DNA of 64,000 bases from Blasia pusilla (GCA_050084515.1 CM114271.1:27652001-27716000), one strand, 5' to 3'. Counted from the first letter of the stretch, positions 28,001 to 40,209 are shown. Translations and numbers: made by a program. Notes: generated from the sequence alone by a model not told the origin.

Positions 28001-29379
28001 CCTTGACCCGGTGAGGCGTCTCCAACATGGGATTCATGTGTAGTGCGGCCAGGTTGAGGCATTGCGATGGTGACTCGGGGTGTTGCGAGAGGCACCGAGC
28101 CATCGAGAGGTGGAGTTGAGATTGACCCACTAGAGGGGACCGATGGGCGGCGAGCCAGGGTTCCACGATCGTTCACATTGTCGGAGGCACTACACACACC
28201 ATCGATGGTGCCTCGGCGACCAGCGGTGCCTATAGTTCAGGCACCTACGTCGGCGTCATGAGGAGTTGGAGTGAAACTCCTATCCGGCTCAAGTGGAGTC
28301 GGTGTCGACTATAGTGTTGGAGGTGGCCACTAGAGTGAGTCGACTCGCTATTTTCCGCCTTAGAGTTGGCGGCGTTGGGAGTTGGACCGGTGAGGTGTTC
28401 CGGTTGGCGCCACGTTGTGTGAGCGTGGAGAGATGGCGCTTCTTGTTGAGAGGTAGTTGAGGAGGTGGTGGACTTGCCCTCGAGCGGTGCTTGGGGCGTT
28501 CCCACGAGTCATGGCATGCGGCGGTGGCGGTTGGTAGATATGCCACTCGACCGGCCATAGAGCGGCAAGATGGTGACACTGGAGTAGTGTTCTTGGATGT
28601 TTAGCGGAGTATTTCGCTTGGTTAGTCCGACGGGGACAAGTATACCCAGCCAGCGCGTCCTACTTGATTCGGGAGCGCAACCCTTGATGTTAGGGAAGGC
28701 GGCGTGTTTAGCGTTGGGGTTACGGAAGGCCGACATTGAGCCTTGTCCCTTCCAGATACAGACCTCGATTGGGGGCGTATCACCCACTCAGTATATGACT
28801 CGACAGGAGATTGTTGTGAGAGTCCAGCCAGAGCATGCGACGGATAGTGCTATGGTGCGCACACGTGCGATTACGACACCAGCTGAGTAAATGCGATGTG
28901 TTGGTGGGGAGTACAGTGTTATATCCCCTAGGATTCATCCTTGACTTCTGGGAGGAGACCGTTGCTTATCGGCCAGGATGGCGGTCAGGTGACGGTCGGA
29001 TGAGTCAGTTACCCGTGCAGTTTGCGGGACGAGGTGGTCGATCACGAGGCGAGTCTGTGACCACGTTGGCGGCTTTCACAAGTAGTGTTAGCTGGCCAGA
29101 GAGTTGTTGAGGGGAACGCACATGCGGAGGATGTTCCGAGAGCGGATAGTCCCACGGAGAGACATGCCATGGCGGGTGTCTCTTCCCATGTTAGCAATGC
29201 CTCTTCACCATTATGGGGTACGACTCGAGAGCTACAAAGGAGTGCCGACGACCTCGTGAGGCAGGCGTGGAGTCATGTTTTTATCCCAGAGCAGCGAGAG
29301 TCATGTGGCGATTGGGCTCTTGTAGTGGAGACGATGACCCCACTAGATATCACACCTGTTGTGTGGCAGTGCCCAGAGG

Positions 29380-31370
29380 AGGGTGTTAGGGTGTTAGATC
29401 TCTTCGGAGGGATTAGCACTGGATTGGTGGCCATATTGCAGGCGGGCATACGGGTGCATCAGTACCTTTATGTGGAGAGAGATGAGACCGCGCGGCGAGT
29501 ATCATTAAGTCATGTGGCGAGATTGGTCTAGAGGTATCCTGAGTTGTTGTCGGTATCTGCGATGCGGGGATACCAAAGATACGCCACCCGCCGACATATC
29601 TTTGGTGGGGCGCAGATCTGGATAGAGTTGGCACCATTCATTTGGTGATTCTTTGGATGGCCATGTCAGGGTCATTCATGAGCTGGCCGAGGATTTGGAT
29701 TGCAGGATCCGAGGTCAGGGATGTTTTGGGAGATGCTGCGAGTAGTATGACACTTGCAGCAGAGTCAGATATGTTCTCCAACGTATATTTTGGAGAACGT
29801 GCCGTTGTTGGGAGATACTCGTGCACGTGTGATGACGAGTGTACATCGGTGAGTCTGGTTGGGACCGGTGTGTTGTTAGATGGCGAGAGTTGGGTCACGT
29901 GCCCATCGTCCTCGATGGTATCGAGTTCGTCCATCGTGGTGGACGAACTGATACTATCGAGAAAATCTTGAAGTCGAGCCTACAATGAAGTCGAGAGCAC
30001 CACATCTCACGGTGGATGCTATTTTTGGACTCGGGCGTCGATCTCGGTGGTGACACGCGATGATAGACCACCGTTGGCCACGGCCAATAGGGTGGGGGAG
30101 TTGAGGGCAGCCTTACCTACGTTGGTGAGCTTCCCAGCATCCCATGCCTTTCGTCAAGGAGGGCCAGGCATGATTTGCGATGAGGTGACCGAAGTATTGG
30201 AGGAACCTACAGCAGATGAGCGCGAGCGCGCCATGGGGTTCACTACCGGTACTACGGCGGTGCCAGGGATGATTGAGGCATCACGGAGACAGGTGTTGGT
30301 GTCGTGCGCCTACTCTCCTTGAACGTTAATCTTGTTTGTTGCAGAATCGTGCGTTCAGTAGGTCACGCTCTCAGCGCTGATCTGCATCCAAACACGCACT
30401 TCGGTTAGTCGGGTCTTGGATCAATCAGCGGGATTACTTTTCGAGTTCTCATCTCGGACTCTCTCTTCAAGCTCAACCTTCCTAGTTTCGCGGTTTCCAA
30501 CACGGGCAAGTCTCGAAAGACTTGGGACAGACTTTCTGGTCAGTTCAAGAATCTGAAACGACGTTTCCCGCCTAGCGGTTCCAACTGTCCGATGAACATC
30601 CAACGAGTTCCTCACCAAGACTCGCACGAAGTGAATCTCGGGTTGGAATCCAAGTGTGGCATACAAAGTCCACTCCCTTGGATCAGGTTTGGGTTTGGGT
30701 TTCGCAAACTCCCGTTTCATCCCGTGCCTCTGAAACGCCGTTTGGCGCCCAAAGTGGGGTTTCGTTTCCCGAGACATCTCAAAGAAGGTACTCCCCTTAC
30801 TAGTACTTCTGGGGATCTCCGGGGGCCCCCTACATTTAGAGAAAGACACCCGGACCTCTCCAATTGGCCCTCAACCCGATTGCTCTCTGAATCGTTTTTG
30901 GCCAATATCTCAGTGTGTACTTATGTGTTTGCTGAGATCTTTGGTGCGTTGGAAGCGTCTCAAGATCAGCTTTCCAACGCGCCCTTACTTGTCCCGAACT
31001 CATCTCGGAGCTCAACGTTATGGTCCTAAACACAGTCAGATTCTCCCAAAAGCTAGCCGTGTTCCAAACTAGTTCTCACCTCTTTGGCAACCAACCTCCA
31101 AGACTCAACTCATCTCAAGTCTCGGCTCGCGTTTGGTCTAGGATTTCCTGGTCGTGACCACTAACGCATGAAACGCACAACTCTGTTCCACATTTCGTCT
31201 CTTAGGCTTTTCCAAGAGACTCTTCCAAACGCCTCTCCAAAGCGCAAACCTCGCGGCGTGAGTTCCTTTGAGTTTTGATGTTTTGCTTGGCGCGTATTTG
31301 GTGTTGTTTGGTTATGAGGGTCGTGAAAGTTGGGGCAGGCGATGGACCTCAATTGTCTCACATGGATAGT
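29380..31370 (+). pseudogene. DNMT3-like cytosine-5 DNA methyltransferase domain inside retrotransposon pol, interrupted by a solo LTR
   Basis: Motif I VLDLFGGISTGL (29391); II YVERD; IV GWPCQGHS (PC at 29661-29666); GLQDPRSGMFWE; VI YILENV (ENV 29793-29801); VIII VGSRAHRPR..WWTN (29889-29948); IX ERERAMGF (~30217); X RRQVL|GQAMDLNCL, rejoined after removing 30300-31333. Contains stops and frameshifts. Confidence 0.9.
30300..31328. mobile_element. Solo LTR (1029 bp) inserted in DNMT motif X
   Basis: Ends TGTCGTG..TCGTGAAA (decayed ..GACA). Perfect 5-bp TSD GTTGG at 30295-30299 and 31329-31333. Same family as 35301-36062 plus 37692-37915. Confidence 0.88.
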
Positions 31371-34300
31371 CAACCTAGGTATGGTTGAGCAGAGACGGAT
31401 GCGAGTGTCATCCATGCCGTCACGTCCACGAGTTGGACCACTGCCTACAGGGTCTGTACAGGCATTGGCTGGGGGCGAGACGAGGAGAGATAGGCACCCA
31501 TGGACTTCCTGGGACGTCGTTCGAGCAAAGAGTGCAAAGCCGGCTAGAGTAGCACATGTTCATTTTTCGGATGTGGAGCATGGTGTAGGAGGTCAGAGTG
31601 GAGTGGCTGTTGCGGAGGTGGCTAGGGTTGCCACATAGCAACCAAAGCCGGAGGTTGCGTCCTCTCCGAGTGAGGTCACGATGGAGACTTGGGGAGCCTG
31701 TGATAGGTCTCAAGTTGATAGGAGGAGAGCGACGGCGAGTTCATAGGTTTCTGAGAGGGCATGTCAGTTGTTTTGCCTTCAGTATGAGAGACTTGGGTAT
31801 TTGAAGGGTCAGAGATACGGATTGAGTTGGCTAGTGATACGCCGATCTTTCGTCGACCCTACTGAGGTATTCCGATATGGAACGAGCCTTGATTTAGAGC
31901 AGGAGTCGAGGACTTGTTGGAGGCGGGACTTGTGGAGTTATCACATGGGGAGTATGCATCGCCCTGCAGTCATGCGCGAAGAAGGATATGTATGGAAATT
32001 GGACGGATAGGCGGATGTGTGGAGATTACCGTCCTATCTATCGAGGAGTCTACCGTCGCTGCACGAGCAGTCGATCGGTATGCCATGCCTACTCTGAGGA
32101 GATCTTTGATGCGGTAGGGCATGCAAAGATCTTGAGTTTTTAGATCTCCGTGTTGGCTATCATCGACTTCCTATCAGGTTGGAGGACAGGAGAAGAGAGA
32201 CGTGCAGGGGATAGATCGGTTCGGGAGAGATTGCTTTATCGATGGCGGTTCTTACCATTTGGGTTGAAGAACGCGCTCATGGAGTTTCGAGAGAGTGATG
32301 GATAGGATTTTGGATGGCTTGGATTTTGTACGATGTTACATAGATGATATTCTTATCTTTAGTTCCACGGTTGAGGAGCATGAGCAACACTTGGAGGAGG
32401 TGTTTCGGCGATTGCAGTTACATGGACTGAAGTTACATCAGGCAAGTGCAGATTCTTTCGGAGCAGATTGAGTACTTGGGACACACCATATACCCGAGTG
32501 GGTTAGGCGTTCAGCAGAGACGAAGGTAGAGGCTATTGTGCGTAGATTCCACGCCCTATAGATGTGAGTCGAGTCCGAGCATTTCTTGGACTGGCGAACT
32601 TCTATCGACGGTATGTCAAGGGTTTTAGTGCGATTGCAAAGTCTTTGACCTTGTTGACGAGACTTGATCAGGTGTGGTTATGGGGAGATGATCAGGAGCG
32701 AGCATTTCAGGAGCTCAAGTACAGGTTGACGTCCTCACCCATTTTACAGAGACCGGCTAGGGGTCGCCCATTCGATTACATACAGTTGGAGCATGTTGGG
32801 TCTAGGAGCGTGCTTACTCGGAGGGATGACAAGGAGAGGGAGTTCGTTGTGGCTTACGAGTCGAGTCGATCGAACAACATTGCAGAGGCGAGAAATCTGG
32901 CTCCTACGAGGAGAGTGCTTGGATGCAAGTGTGAGCCGTGGCACATTTTAGGTGCTATTTATTTGGCAACCCTTTCACACTTATCATCGATCATCGGCCC
33001 GTTGAAGTGGTTGATGGAGTCCGACAAGCTTACGGGAAAGCTTGCCAGGTGGGCTCTATTACTACAGGAGTATGAGTTTCAGGTGGTTCATAGGCCAGGT
33101 CGGCTGAACCAGGATGCGGATGGGTTGAGCGTAGCCCATGTCCGAGTCAGAGAGACGACATAGGAGCTCGATGGCACAGAGAGAGTGATGAGGAGATGGT
33201 GCCCGGTTGGCATGCATCTACCTATCTTTGTTGGTTGAGTATGGTAGGTGATGACTCCAGTGGTGGGATTGGATGATGAGTCTTTGGATCAAGAGGTTAG
33301 TGAGGAGGCGACAGGTGGTCGTGATATCCATGACGACGTGGAGGTTGTGGAGTTCTTGCGCACTGGCGTCATTGCGAGTACAATGAGTGCTAGGGAGCGG
33401 GATCGGATCCTACAGAGAGCCAAGAGGTTTAGGTGGGAGGGGACTCACATTTTGCGGGTATGGGGAGATGGTAGGATACGAGTGGTACCTCATGCTTCCC
33501 AGCGAGCACGTGTAGTGCGACATGCCCATGAGGAGTTGGGACATTTCGGAGTAAAGCGTACTTACAGCTTACTCCAGGTTCAGTATTGATGGCGCGGCAT
33601 GCATACTGGGGTACAGCAGTTTGTGGCCAGATGTATGGTATGTGGTAGAGTGCGAGCATCCTTCAATCCTCCCACTCCACAGTTACATCCTTTGCCGATT
33701 ATGGGTTTAGGTTATTGGTGGAGTTTAGACTTTGCGGGACCTTTGCCATTGACAGGGCGTCATCATAGGTACGTGTTGGTCATGGTGGAGCATTTCTCCA
33801 AGTGGATTGAGTTGGTGGCACTACCAGACAAGGCGAGTGAGGGAACAACTTATGCGTTTCTAGATCGTGTGCTTAGTCACTTTGGTGCACCGGCGGAGGT
33901 ATTGATTGACCAGGGTATCGAGTTCATGGGAGAGTTTCAGGCCTTGTGTGATCAGGCGCTGATAGATCACCGCACCACGTCCAAGGATCATCCTGAGGCG
34001 GATGGATTGGCGGAGAGAGTGGTACAGACGGTGAAGAGAGGATTGCGCAAGTATGGCTTGCAGCGGGGACAGTTGAGGGAGTGGGACCTACAGTTGCCAT
34101 GGTTGGCTATGGGTTATCGCTTTAGTCGGCAGGCATCCTTGGCATCATTTTCACCGTACTTTTTGCTCTTTGGGAGAGATCCAGATTTACATGCAGCGAT
34201 TCGACGTGACATGGCGGAGGTGTTAGATCTTGATGATCCAGATGTGTGGGTGCAAGCATGTTCTCAGAGGGCAAAAGTTTTTCGTAGAGTTATGCCTATG

Positions 34301-35300
34301 CCTTTGAGAACTTAGCTATTGCCCAACATAGAGATACATTGAGGTACGCGACCATTCGTGGAGGAGGTTATCATCCAGGGATTAGGAGGTTTCATCCTGG
34401 AGATTACGTGTATTTACAGCAGGCGGCACCCACGACGCTATGTTATGTCTGACCCCCCCTCTTGATGTGGTTCCCACGGGACGATGGATGTGTCCGAGAT
34501 GTGTATAGGGTAGTAGGTCATGTTAGAGAGATGTGATATTTTCTATCTGGAGTTAGGGGGATCCAACAGCCAGCTAGGGGGGCGGTTGTGTGATCTCCAT
34601 GTATATGTATGAGTTCATTTTTGTACATGTGTGGATCGACCCGTGTGTGGGGAAGATCGGTGTTGTGTGGTGTAGATGTGATGAGCGATGTATGTTGTGT
34701 AGCGATATGCATGCGCACGACAAAAGAGACATGGACTCTCATAGTCGAGCGTGCGAGTGGATGGATGTGCATCCAAAGATATGGTTGGTTGGTGCAAGTG
34801 GCTTATGCACCCTCCCATTATCTTCGGGGAAGGCTGATGGGAGGATGTAGAGAAGGGTGGAGCAAGGTATTTTACTTGAGTAGACTAACTCAATTCGGAT
34901 GTTTGCACAATATGGTGTATATTTGTGATCAACCTTTCTAGATAATGACGTAAGCAATTGGGATAGGGGAATAAGGACCCACGATTCCATTGATTGATAT
35001 ATGATTTGCTACCCACATCCATGAATAATCCATAATGGATATGGGTAGCAATATCCATTAGTACCATTAGTGATTTGCACTAATGGTATTAGGTCTTTCA
35101 TATACGAGATGTCAACTTATTTGAAGTGCTTAAATAAGACCCTAAGTGTTCACGAGATCGCACAAAAGTAATTATATGTTTTTTTGATGTCTCTTTGGAT
35201 AATCATTGGTAGACGGTTATATATCAAGGAGAAATTCATTGAGGATTGCCCTCGTACGGATCAAGGTTAAGGTCATTTTGATTGTGACACACATGGAGAG

Positions 35301-36062
35301 TGTCGCGACCCTCATAACCAAACGAGTGTCAAGCGGAACATTCGAACGTTAGTGGGTTCACGCTAGGATGGTTGCGCTTTGGAGAGGTCTCTTGGAAGAG
35401 TCCAAGAGACAAAATGCACGAATAGAGTTGGTGCGTTTCATGCATTCAGGGTCGTGACCAAGAAACCTGGACCAAACATGAACTAAGACTTGTGATGAGT
35501 TGAGTCTAGGAAGGTTGGTTGCCAAAGAGGTGAGAACCAGATTTGGAACGCGACTAGTGTTTGGGGTTTTGAAGGTATTTTGGACCATAACAGTGAGTCT
35601 CAAGATGCATTTGGGACAAGTAAGATGGCGTTGGAAAGCTTATGCAAAGCTGATTCCAACGCACTAAAGATCTCACAAATGCACAAACAGAGGTTGAGAT
35701 ATTTGCCTAAAATAATTGTATAAGGAGTTGGGTTGAGGGCTAAAATGAAGGGCCCGACTATTAGGGGGAGGGTGGTGATTCCCACTAAGGGGGAGTGTCT
35801 CCAAGGATTCTTGGAACCCAAACACCACTTTGGGTGCCAAAGAGCGACTCAAAGGCATGGGATGGAACGTGAATTTGACCTTGGGACTCTAAACCCAAAC
35901 TTGATCCAAGGGAGTGGATTTCGGAAGCCACACTTGGATTCCAACCCGCGACTCCTTTTTGTGAGTCTTGTTTAGGAACTCATTGGAGATCCATCGGACA
36001 GTTGGAACTATAGGCGTGTAAACGCCGTTTGAGGTTCTTGAACCGACCATAAAGTCTGTCTC
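35301..36062. mobile_element. Solo LTR part A (same family as 30300-31328, opposite orientation)
   Basis: Starts TGTCGCGACCCTCATAACCAAAC and aligns by eye to the reverse complement of ~30523-31328. Confidence 0.85.
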
Positions 36063-37691
36063 ATCAAAGTGTGGATAGCAAGATGGTTTCTTTTCCGAAG
36101 AAGTCAAGGTTGACTTTAGATGCATCATGCAAAAATGAGAGTGAGACAAGGTTTGAATAAGTGAAAAGATAGACCAAGGTACAATCTCCTTGTTTTGTTG
36201 TTTGATTGTAAACCCACTTCATGGAACGATTGATGATGATTTTTTTAGGCAATTCTTATCACAGATCCTATAGCTAAACGTATGCCAATGCAAAACATCA
36301 GAATTCTAGTAGGCTCACACTAAGATGAAAGCATGTCAAAGTCTCTTGAATGAGACATGAGTTGTAGAAGCGATATGTGATCCTTGTTGGGCATCTCAAG
36401 TGATGATGTTCATAATCTAGTAGAACAAGACCAAATTTTAAGCAGAGACTTTAGAGGAGCTCAAGTCCCATGAGAGTTTGGCACCAAGGGGATTGCAAAG
36501 TGACTTGGAACTTGACTCAAAGTTTGGGGGCTCTCTGTGTTTAAGGTCATAACATCTAGAGTCTTGATGCACTTGGGATGAATAAGGTAGCATTAGAAAT
36601 ATTATGAGAAGATGATTCCATGCACTAAAAATCTAGTTAAGCGCATGAGTAGAGACTGAGAAACCACCCCTAACTATTAGAATGATATTTGGATTGAAGG
36701 CCATAGAGAGTGGCCCAAGAGGACTTTTCCAAAAGCTAGGGAGGGGGTGGAGATCTCTAAAACTATAGATAGGGGGGAGGGTCTCAAAGGGAGTTTGAGA
36801 CCCAAATCCCATCTTGGGGGACCGTAGGGGTGAACTAAGGGCATAGGATGGATCGAGAGGAATTGGGATCACAAAGTGTGTTTACGTCGTTTTAGATTCC
36901 TAGACTATCAAGGAAGTTTGTTACAAGTTTTGAAGGACTTGCTTATGTTGGGGAGTGAGGGATTAAGTCAATGTGTAATCCCGCTTAGATCATTTGAGTT
37001 TAATTGATAGCATGAGTTCAAAACTTGGGAGATGTAAGACTTGTTGATCCAAAAAGTGGCTAATGTGAATGTGTTTGGGTGTAGATCAGTAAGGAGAGTA
37101 TGACCTACTAAATGTAAGTTTCCAAAATATATGAGACCCATGTTCAAGAAGAATATGCGCATAATAACTATTTCACCATATATGCCTTGTGGCCTTTTCA
37201 CTCCATCTATCATTACAGGGTTGGTCTTTTAAGCTATTGTAGTGGGACATGTGTTTCTCTTTGGGTCGTACCAATCAAACTCATCTATCTTGCATAAGTT
37301 GTTCATAAGAACAAAAGAATGTGTATGGGAATGGCGTATGGATACTAATTATACACTTGTATATACCCCTCATGCTCTCTCATTTTCATCCTCATCAATG
37401 TCATCATCATCCATGATCTCATGTATCTTTTGCAATGGTGTGGGAATGTGAAGATATCCCACCAACTCGATTGTGTTGAACAAGGCCTAGCCTAGCATGT
37501 AGCCCTTAACCATACTTACCTCTACTTAGGCCTGGTTTAATTTTCATTCAACCCTTTGTTGGAAAATTTATGTTCCAAAAAATACTTCCTTCTATAATGC
37601 ACAAGTTTGGTTCCGCTATGCCAACCTCTCTAACCAAATGGATGAGCCAATGAGTTTGCTCAATTATCAATGAGGGTGGAAAGACTCTCCC

Positions 37692-37915
37692 TGTCGTGCG
37701 CCTACGTACTCTCCTTGAATGTAAACCTTTAGTGTTGCGGAAGGGTGCGTTTAGTAGGATACGCTCTCAATGTTGATCTGCACCCAAACACGCACTCACA
37801 TTATTCGGGTCTGTGTCAATCAACGCTCTAACTTTTGGAGTTCTTGACTCAGCCTCTCATCAAACTTACTCTTTCTAGTTCCTGGATCTACAACACGTGA
37901 AAGTCTCTCAAGACT
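37692..37915. mobile_element. Solo LTR part B, displaced and inverted relative to part A
   Basis: TGTCGTGCGCCTAC..AAGACT matches 30300-~30522, exactly the part missing from part A. Confidence 0.85.
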
Positions 37916-37983
37916 ATCTTGAGAATTTATGATTGTAAAGGGATCGCTATGGTGTATTGGTAGGAAAAAAAGATTACTTTATA

Positions 37984-38869
37984 TCCTCTATATTATTACT
38001 AATTAAGGAATTTTGACATACATCCATAGGAGTAGATAGGATGTGCAAGAAGTTGATATTGTGCATCACAATGTATAATGACAAACATAATACTTAGTTA
38101 AATGCAAGCTAACTCTCATTTGTTTGCGTGTATGAGAATTTTAATATGGATCTTGTAGTACTGCGAGTAGAACAACCAAAATCCCAACAAGATCCGCATG
38201 GGATCCCATTGTACCTATGAAATTCCATGAAAAAGTGGCAATTGATAAAGTTATATATATGTAAGTAAGAAGGGTTTGTCTAGAGGCTATAAACAAAGAT
38301 GGGATACAAGTGCTACCAAACTTCATGTTTTTCAATCTAGATTGCTTAAAAAAACAAAGATTAGTTTTCTATCTTATCCAATATATAATTTTGGAGCTGT
38401 ATGTATGAATCAAATTACACAATCTAGCTATTGTATGCTTTTATTTAATTCAATCTCCATGTTTTTATATCTAATAAGAATTGGATTATAGAGAAAATTT
38501 TTTCGATAGCTAGACATAATGTTGGATCTCTAATTCTAGGTATCCCTTCTAAATGGATAATTCTATCTCTTTACTTACTCAACTTAGGTATACTCCATCC
38601 ATGCATTTTGTGATCCTAATTGAGAATTATAATGATATTTTTATAAATTAGTATAAATTCAATAACAAAATTATCTCCTACTTATCTACCATATTATACC
38701 CTTTAGCTAAAGCATCTATATTATTTTTGAGGAGTATTTCTAAAATGGCGATAACTTGGGAGTTTAAAAAATGTCATTTTTAGTTTAAGAATTTATGACA
38801 TGTAACACATACATACATACATACATCACAAGACTGTGCATCGCATTTTCCCTTACGGGCTCTAACTAG
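37984..38869 (+). mobile_element. Putative non-autonomous Helitron
   Basis: A|TC start with TATATTATTACT, weak subterminal hairpin (TGTGCATCGCA), end CTAACTAG|T. Confidence 0.35.
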
Positions 38870-40209
38870 TATTGCTTAAGTCTTTATACATGTGCTTACT
38901 CAAGCAAGAATATGTTGTCTATGCTCAAGGCTTTTGTCATATGCCTACATGTGTTTTTTGCGCTAGAAAGTTAAGGTAATTTTTTTCAATATGAACCTAA
39001 AATATTTAACTTTTGTCCATGGTATTTTTTTCAATAATCACAAATCTAACTTGTTTACGGACTTTTTAATCTCTTATGTGTTTATTATATTGTCACATGA
39101 TTAAATTTATTTATCTAACATAATAATTAAGTGGTAGCTATTATGCTTTTCATCTTATCACTTCCAACTTGCTTCCATGGTCGTAAATTTGATTCTATAT
39201 CTATTAATGTCTTTAATATATTGCTACTTATTTATTCATAATATAACAAACTCAAGTGTGTTAAATTACATAGATTGATATATATTTCATACGTGATGTA
39301 GTTCATTATATACTTGGCGTCCTTGTTGGTACGTATTATCTTTTCCTACAAAAAAAGTCTGAATTCTTTAGGAAATGATGCGGCTTAGTGAATTGATTTA
39401 GTTTGATACAAGTTCTTCTAATTCATTTTTTCTTTCGGGGATATGTGGATCAAGTCTCTCTTCCTTACTATCTTCTTGAGGATATTCCACAAGCGAATTT
39501 CATGACTAAATTTAAGAGATCACCCATTAACTTCCTTAACTATTTTTCACTACTATATTCCTTGTCAATTTATGAGCCCTATAAGCCAAAAATAATTGAC
39601 AATTTACTTGCAACCCAATCGTGAGCTTTTGAGTATGCCACTTGCGAAGTAGTTGTGAAGGAGAGAAAACGACTCATAAATTATGAGTGTGATACAAGTT
39701 GAAAGTTTTTTTTTTTACACTCGTAGTTTAATTACAAACTAGTCGCTAGTCGATCAAATTTGAGTTACAAATAGCTCACAAAGTACTTGGAAGCCATTCT
39801 TTACATTTTGCAACTTTGTGAGTTGGTTGTGGGACTTTGTGAAACTACATAGTTATTTTTATTGCTTGATAATTCATTTTTCATCTCACTTGTAAAAAGT
39901 TTATAAAATATTGTAAAAAGATCACAAAAATTTAAAAAACTAGCGAGTCCAAGTAGTGGTTTTCTAAACTCGTAATGGACTTGCAATATAAGTCCAAAGT
40001 ATTCTTTTTCTTCACTCGTACAATAGTTGTTTTTTGTTCATATTTCACTGACTTTGGATTGATTTTTATGATCTTGAAAACATTTTTTCAAGGATGATTA
40101 CACCCCCTTCCAAGTTATTGTTTATGAATTGTGTTACGGAAAATTTTGTATATGATGGAAAAAAAGCTATTTGGGATATCATGTATGTTGAACTTGAAAG
40201 TTTTTCCCA

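Larger units (their letters stand above)
24896..34722 (+). mobile_element. Ty3/Gypsy LTR retrotransposon encoding a C5 DNA methyltransferase and a PHD finger (degenerate copy)
   Basis: Putative 5' LTR 24896-26566 with inverted termini TGTCACATC..GTTGTGACA. Gag from ~26700 with zinc knuckle CDHCHRYGHTRDRC (~27709); protease VLLDSGA (~28660); DNMT ~29380-31370; RT YIDD (32337-32348); RNase H (~32560-33130); integrase HHCC and core (~33500-34300); PHD C-half (34446-34508); PPT-like CTAGGGGGGCGG (~34574). The 3' LTR is reduced to about 135 bp ending GACA. Probable TSD AAAG. Confidence 0.9.
24100..37686 (+). mobile_element. Decayed CACTA transposase remnant #2, host of nested insertions (pieces ~24100-24895, 34723-35300, and inverted piece reading down from 37686)
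   Basis: GPKMPYYVDMYLKPLLEELFAL*EGV (~24153), DPMNIEGN (~24835), RDMDSHSRACEWMDVHPKIWL (~34725), GIRTHD..DLLP (~34968), and HME|RVFPPSLIIEQTHWLIHLVREVG reconstructed across 35300/37686. These are successive Tnp2 motifs in the expected order. Confidence 0.75.

Noticed and set aside
29380-31370. Host DNMT3/DRM gene
   Set aside because: No introns, promoter or N-terminal domains; collinear with retrotransposon protease and RT and equally decayed.
36400-36950. Third copy of the solo-LTR family
   Set aside because: Only patchy similarity to ~35560-35900 and no defined ends; probably an older related LTR.
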